Positions 57,401 to 64,000 of a DNA stretch of 64,000 nucleotides are shown here, piece by piece. The notes under the pieces are model-generated. The model saw only the letters and a list, made by a program, of their open reading frames with translations, had not been told where the DNA came from and did not search any database. Where the stretch lies: assembly GCF_009914755.1 (NCBI RefSeq), contig NC_060933.1. One strand, written 5' to 3'. Within the stretch, counting starts at the first letter, position 1. Each line of letters opens with the position of its first letter. The position numbers and the translations under genes are program-made. Origin of the DNA: the human T2T-CHM13v2.0 reference genome, Homo sapiens.

Positions 57401-60400
57401 AAGGCAATGGAATGGAATCATCCGGAATTGAATGGAATGGAATGGAATCAACTCGATTGCAATGGAATGGAATGGAATGGCATGGAATGGAATGGAATGG
57501 AATGCAATGCAATGGAATGCAATGGAATGGAATGGAATTAACCCGAATAGAATGGAATGGAATGGAATGGAAGTAAATGGAATGGAAGGTAATGAACCCG
57601 AGTGCAGGGGAATGGAATGGAATGGAATGCAATGGAATGGAGTCATCCGGAATGGAACGGAAAGGAATGGAATGGAACCAACCCGTGTGCAATGGAATTG
57701 AAAGGAATGGAATGGAATGGAATGGAATGGAATGGAATGGAATGGAATGGATTCAACCCGAATGGAATGGAAAGGAAGGGAATCAACCCAAGTGGAATGG
57801 CATGGAATGGAATGGATTGGAATGGAATGGAATGGAATGCTACCGAATAGAATGGAATGGAACGAAATGGAGTAGAATGGAATGGAATGGAATGCAATCA
57901 ACCCGAGTGCAATGGAATGGAGTGGAATGGATTGGAATGGAATGGAAACAACCTGAATGGAATGGAATGAAATGGAGTGTAAGGGAATTGAATACAATCA
58001 AACCGAATGTAATGGAATGGAATGGAACGGAATGGAATGGAATGGAATGGAATGCAGTGGAATGGAATCAAACCTAGTGCAATGGAATGGAATTGAATGG
58101 AATGGAATGGAATGGAATGGAATGGAATGGAATCAATTGGATTGCAATGGAATGGAATGGAATGGAATGGAATGGAATGGGTTCAACTCGAATGGAATGG
58201 AAAGGAATGGAATCAACCCGAGTGGAATGGCATTGAATGGAATGCAATGGAATGGAATGGAATGGAATGGAATGCAATGGAATGGAATGGAATGCAATGG
58301 AATCAACCCGAGTGCTATGTAATGGAATTGAATGGAATGGAATGGAATGGAATGGAATGGATTCAACCCGAATGGAATGGAAAGGAATGGAATAAACCCG
58401 AGTGGAATGGCATGGAATGGAGTGGAATGGAATGGAATGGAATGGAATGGAATGGAATGGTACGGAATAGAATGGAATGGAACGAAATGGAATGTAATGT
58501 AATGGAATGGAATGGAATGGAATGAACCCGTGTGCAATGGAATGGAATGGAAGGGAATGGAATGGAATGGAATGAACCAGTGTGCAATGGAATGGAATCG
58601 AATGGAATGGAATGGAATGGAATGGATTCAAGTCGAATGGAATGGAAAGGAATGGAATCAACCCGAGTGGAATGGCATGGAATGGAATGGAATGAAATGG
58701 AATGGAATGGAATGGAATGGTACGGAATAGAACGGAATGAAACGAAATGGAATGGAATGGAATGGAATGGAATGGAATGGAAAGGAATGGAATGGAATCA
58801 ACCCGAGTGCAGGTGAATGGAATGGAATGGAAGGCAATGGAATGCAATCATCCGGAATTGAATGGAATGGAATGGAATGCAATGGAATCAACTCGATTGC
58901 AATGGAATGTAATGGAATGGAATGGAATGGAATTAACCCTAATAGAATGGAATGGAATGGAATGGAATGGAATGGAAAGGAATGGAATGGAATCAACCCG
59001 AGTGCAGGTGAATGGAATGGAATGGAAGGCAATGGAATGCAATCATCCGGAATTGAATGGAATGGAATGGAATGGAATGGAATGGAATCAACTCGATTGC
59101 AATGGAATGTAATGGAATGGAATGGAATGGAATTAACCCTAATAGAATGGAATGGAATGGAATGGAAGGGAATGGAATGGAATGGAATGGAATGGAATTA
59201 ACCGGAATAGAATGCAATGGAATGGAATGGAATGGAATGGAATGGAATGGAATGAAAAGGAATCAACTCGATTTCAATGGAATGGAATGGAATGGAATGG
59301 AATGGAATGGAATGGAATGAAATTAACCCGAATAGAATGGAATGGAATGGAATGGAATGGAATGGAATGGAATGGAATAGAGTGGAATGGAATGGAATGG
59401 AATAGAATGGAATCCACCCGAGTGCAGGGGAATGGAATGGAATGGAATGCAATGGAATGGAATCATACGGAATGGAATGGAATGGAATGGAATGGAATCA
59501 ACCGGATTGCAATGGAATGGAGTGGAATGGAATGGAATGGAATGGAAACAACCCGAATGGAATGGAATGGAATGGAATGGAGTGTAAGGGAATTGAATAG
59601 AATCAATACGAATGTAATGGAATGGAATGGAACGGAATGGAATGCAATGGAATGGAATGGAATCCAATGGAATGGGTTCAACCCGAGTGCAATGGAATGG
59701 AATCGAAAGTAATGGAATGGAATGGAATGGATTCAACACGAATGGAATGTAAAGGAATGGAATCAACCCGAGTGGAATGGAATTTAATGGAATGGAATGG
59801 AATGGAATGCAGTGAAATGGAATCAAACCTAGTGCAATGGAATGGAATGGAATGGAATGGAATGGAATGGAATGGATTAGATTCAACCCAAATGGAATGG
59901 AAAGCAATGGAATCAACCCGAGTGGAATGGCATGGAATGGAATGGAATGGAATGGAATGGAATGGAAAGGTACGGAATAGAATGGAATGGAACGAAATGG
60001 AATGGAATGGGATGGAATGGAATGGAATGGAATGGAATGGAATAGAATGGAATCCACCCGATTACAGGGGAATGGAATGGAATGGAATGCAAAGGAATGG
60101 AATGGAATGGATTCAACCCGAATGGAATGGAAAGGAAAGGAATAATCCCGAGTGAAATGGCATGGAAGGGAATGGAATGGAATGGAATGGTACGGAGTAG
60201 AATGGAATGGAACGAAATGGAATGGAATGGAATGGAATAGAATTGAATGAACCCGTGAGCAATGGAATGGAATGGAATGGAATGGAATGGAATGGAATTT
60301 GTTCAACTCGAATGGAATGGAAAGGAATGGAATCAACCCGAGTGGAATGGCATGGAATGGAAAGGAATGGAATGGAATGGAATGGAATGGAATGGAATGG

Positions 60401-63400
60401 AATGGATTCAACCCGAATGGAATGGAAAGGAATGGAATAAACCCGAGAGGAATGGCATGGAACGGAGTGGAATGGAATGGAATGGAAGGGAATGGTACGG
60501 AATAGAATGGAATGGAACGAAATGGAATGGAATGGAACGGAATAGAATGGAATGGAATGGAATGGAATGGAATGAACCCGTGTGCAATTGAATGGAATCG
60601 AATGGAATGGAATGCAATGGAATGGATTCAACTAGAATGGAATGGAAAGGAATGGAATCAACCCGAGTGGAATGGCATGGTACGGAATGGAATGGAATGG
60701 AATGGAATGGAAAGGTACGGAATAGAATGGAATGGAACGAAATGGAATGGAATGGAATGGAATGAATGGAATGGAATGGAATATAATGGAATCCACCCGA
60801 TTGCAGGGGAATGGAATGGAATGGAATGCAATGGAATGGAATGGAATGGATTCAACCCGAATGGAATGGAAAGGAATGGAATCAACCCGAGTGGAATGGC
60901 ATGGAATGGAATGGAATGCAATGGAATAGTACGGAATAGAATGGAATGGAACGAAATGGAATGGAATGGAATCAACCTGAGTGCAATGGAATGGAGTGGA
61001 ATGGAATGTAACGGAACGGAAACAACCCAAATGGAATGGAATGTAATGGAGTTTAAGGGAATTGAATACAATCAATCCGAATGTAATGGAATGGAATGGA
61101 ACGGAATGGAATGGAATGGAATGGAATGGAATGGAATGGAATGGAATGAAATGGAATGGCAGGGAATGGAATGGAATCAAACCGAGTGCAAAGGAATGGA
61201 ATGGAATGTAATGGAAGGGAATGGAATGGAATGGATTCAACCCGAATGGAATGGAAAGGAATGTAATAAACCTGAGTGGAATGGTATGGAATGGAATGGA
61301 ATGGAATGGAATGGTACGGAATAGAATGGAATGGAACGAAATGGAATGGAATGGAATGGAATGGAATGGAATGGAATGGAATCAACCTGAGTGCAATGGA
61401 ATGGAGTGGAATGGAATGAAATGGAATGGAAACAACCCGAATGGAATGGAATGTAATGGAGTGTAAGGGAATTGAATACAATCAATCCGAATATAATGGA
61501 ATGGAATGGAACGGAATGGAATGGAATGGAATGCCGTGGAATGTAATCAAACCTAGTGCAATGGAATGGAATGGAATGGAATGGAATGGAATGGAATGGA
61601 ATGGATAGGATTCAACCCAAATGGAATGGAAAGCAATGGAATCAACCCGAGTGGAATGGCATGGAATGGAATGGAATGGAATGGAATGGAATGGAATGGA
61701 ATGGTACAGAATAAAATGGAATGGAACGAAATGGAATGGAATGGAATGGAATGGAACGGAATGGAATGGAATCAACTCGATTGCAATGGAATGTAATGGA
61801 ATGGAATGGAATGGAATTAACGCGAATAGAATGGAATGGAATGGAATGGAACGGAATGGAATGGAATGGGATGGAATGGAATCAATCTGAGTGCAGGTGA
61901 ATGGAATGGAATGGAATGCAATGGAATTGAATGGAATGGAATGGAATGCAATGGAATCAACTAGATTGAAATGGGATGGAATGGAATGGAATGGAATGGA
62001 AGGGAATGGAATGGAATGGAATTAACCTGAACAGAATGGAATGGAATGGAATGGAACGGAATGGAAGGGAATGGAATGGAATGGAATTAACCTGAACAGA
62101 ATGGAATGGAATGGAATGGAACGGAATGGAATGGAATGGAATGGAATGGAATGGAATGCAATGAAATGGGATCAACCCGAGTGCAGGGGAATGGAATGGA
62201 ATGCAATGCAATGGAATGGAATCAATGAACCCGAGTGCAATAGAATGCAGTGGAATGGAATGGAATGGAATGGAAAGTACCCGAATGGAATGGAATGGAA
62301 TGGAGTGTAAGGGAATTAAAAAGAATCAATCCGAATGTAATGGAATGGAATGGAACGGAATGGAATGGAATGGAATGGAATGGAATGGAATGGAATCAAC
62401 TCGATTGCAATGGAATGGAATGGAATGGAATGGAATGGAATGGAATGGAATGGAATGGAATGGAATGGAATTAACCCGAATAGAATGGAATGGAATGGAA
62501 TGGAATGGAATGGAATGGAATGGAAGGGAATGGAATGGAATTGAATGGAATGGAATGCCTTCAAAACGAATGGAATGGAAAGGAATTGAATCAACAAGAG
62601 TGGAATGGAATGGAATGGAATGGAAAGGAATGGAATGGAATGGAATGGTACGGAATAGAATGGAATGGAAGGAAATGGAATGAAATGGAATGGAATGGAA
62701 TGGAATGGAATCGTTCCAAGTGGAATAGGAGGGAATGTATTCGAGTGGAATGGAAAGGAATGGAATCAACCAGAGTGGAATGGAAGGGAATGGAATGGAA
62801 TGGAAACTAATAGAATGGAATCAACCCGAGTGGAATGGAATGGAAAGGACTGGAATGGAATGGAATGGAATGGAATGGAATGGAATGGAATGGAATGGAA
62901 TCAACTCGATTGTAATAGAATGGAATGGAATGGAATGGAATGGAATGAAATGGCATGGAATGGAATTAACCCGAATACAATGGAATGGAATGGAATGGAA
63001 GGGAATGGAGTGGAATGGAATGGAATCAACCCGAGTGCAGGGAAATGGAATGGAATGGAATGCAATGGAATGGAATCATCCGGAATGGAATGGAATGGAA
63101 TGGAAAGCAAAGCAATGGAATCAACTCGATTGCAATGGAATGGAATGGAATGGAAAGGAATAGAATGGAATCAACCCGAGTGGAATGGAATGGAAAGGAC
63201 TGGAATGGAGTGGAATGGAATGGAATGGAATGGAATGGAATCAACTCGAATGGAATGGAATGGAAAGGAATGGAATCGAATGGAATGGAATCAACTCGAT
63301 TGCAATCGAATGGAATGGAATGGAATTAACCCGAATAGAATGGAATGGAATGGAATGGAACGGAACGGAACGGAATGGAATGGATTGGAATGGAATGGAA

Positions 63401-64000
63401 TGGAATGGAATGGAACGGAAAGGAATGCAATGGAATGGAATGGAATGGAATGGAATGGAATGGAATGGAATCAACGCGAGTGCAGGGGAATGGAATGGAA
63501 TGGAATGCAATGGAATGGAATCTTCCGGAATGCAATGGAATGGAATGGAATGGAATGGAATGGAATGGAATGGAATGGAATGGAATGCAATGGAATGGAA
63601 TCAACCCGAGTACAATGGAATGGAATGGAATGGAATGGAATGGAATGGAATGGAATGGAATGATACGGAATAGAATGGAATGGAACGCAATGGAATGGAA
63701 TGGAATGGAATGGAATGGAATGGAATGGAATCGTTCCGAGTGGAATAGGAGGGAATGTATTCGAGTGGAATGGAAAGGAATGGAATCAACCAGAGTGGAA
63801 TGGAAGGCAATAGAATGGAATGGAAACTAATAGAATGGAATCAACCCGAGTGGAATGGAATGGAAAGGAATGGAATGGAATGGAATGGAATGGAATCAAC
63901 TCGATTGTAATGGAATGGAATGGAATGGAATGGAATGGAATGGAATGGAATGGAATGGAATCAACCCGAGTGCAATGGAATGGAGTGGAATGGAATGGAA

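Larger units (their letters stand above)
45209..60680 (-). repeat. Higher-order tandem repeat, ~7.71-7.74-kb unit x2 (~45209-52920 and ~52920-60680)
   Basis: ORF offsets 45224/52935 (7,711), 46378/54109, 47217/54948 and 47582/55313 (7,731), 49166/56902 (7,736), 51131/58848 (7,717) and 52701/60408 (7,707). Private AATTAAGCTGAAGAG at ~46632/~54363. Confidence 0.93.
45161..64000 (-). repeat. Satellite III (HSat3) array in inverted orientation (GGAAT on +)
   Basis: Continuous (GGAAT)n carrying CAACCCGAGT, CAACTCGATT and TTAACCCGAATA, the reverse complements of the left-arm words. Confidence 0.97.

Noticed and set aside
1-64000. CRISPR-like repeat/spacer array
   Set aside because: The interrupting words are a small recurring vocabulary, not unique spacers; repeat lengths vary and there are no cas genes.
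1-64000. Assignment to HSat2, Y-chromosome DYZ1 or a specific chromosome
   Set aside because: The HSat2 backbone is absent and no regular ~3.56-kb DYZ1 period is seen. A chr9-type HSat3B array is plausible given the decamer and the inversion, but this needs k-mer comparison with reference subfamilies.
45161-64000. G-quadruplex or telomere-like tract
   Set aside because: G-runs are almost all GG with isolated GGG/GGGG. TTAGGG/CCCTAA occurs only as single scattered variants (e.g. ~43764, ~48911), not as arrays.
1-64000. Thousands of TEAD/MCAT (CATTCC) motifs as a novel finding
   Set aside because: They are intrinsic to the pentamer and TEAD association with HSat3 has already been reported; nothing specific to this window.

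Overview
The whole 64-kb window is primate (human-type) Satellite III (HSat3): a (CATTC)n/(GGAAT)n pentamer array interrupted by CpG-containing ~10-nt words such as CAACCCGAGT. I see no genes, RNA genes, transposon insertions or unique sequence. Every ORF in the track is an MEWNG/IPFHS translation of the stop-poor pentamer. The interest is architectural. (1) One sharp strand switch at 45,160/45,161 (CATTC to GGAAT), with 2-bp microhomology and a 17-bp perfect hairpin stem. (2) A nested mirror layout: an inner sequence dialect (~43.4-62.35 kb) straddles the switch and is flanked by inverted copies of the same outer-dialect block (41.1-42.15 kb vs 62.5-63.5 kb). (3) Several young local higher-order duplications (3,868 bp x3, ~2,666, 2,041, 1,973, 3,021 and ~7,720 bp, plus 60/195/420-bp units), some with breakpoints readable from diagnostic variants; the 7.7-kb duplication starts ~50 bp from the inversion junction. 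(4) About 22 perfect three-unit heat-shock elements (ATTCYGGAAKATTCC), all in the outer dialect. Chromosome and species cannot be fixed from the sequence alone. Periods come from the offsets of identical ORFs and hand-checked motifs, and boundaries are approximate. I found no protein-coding novel system; the best candidate for something undescribed is the inversion-centred architecture and its motif partitioning.
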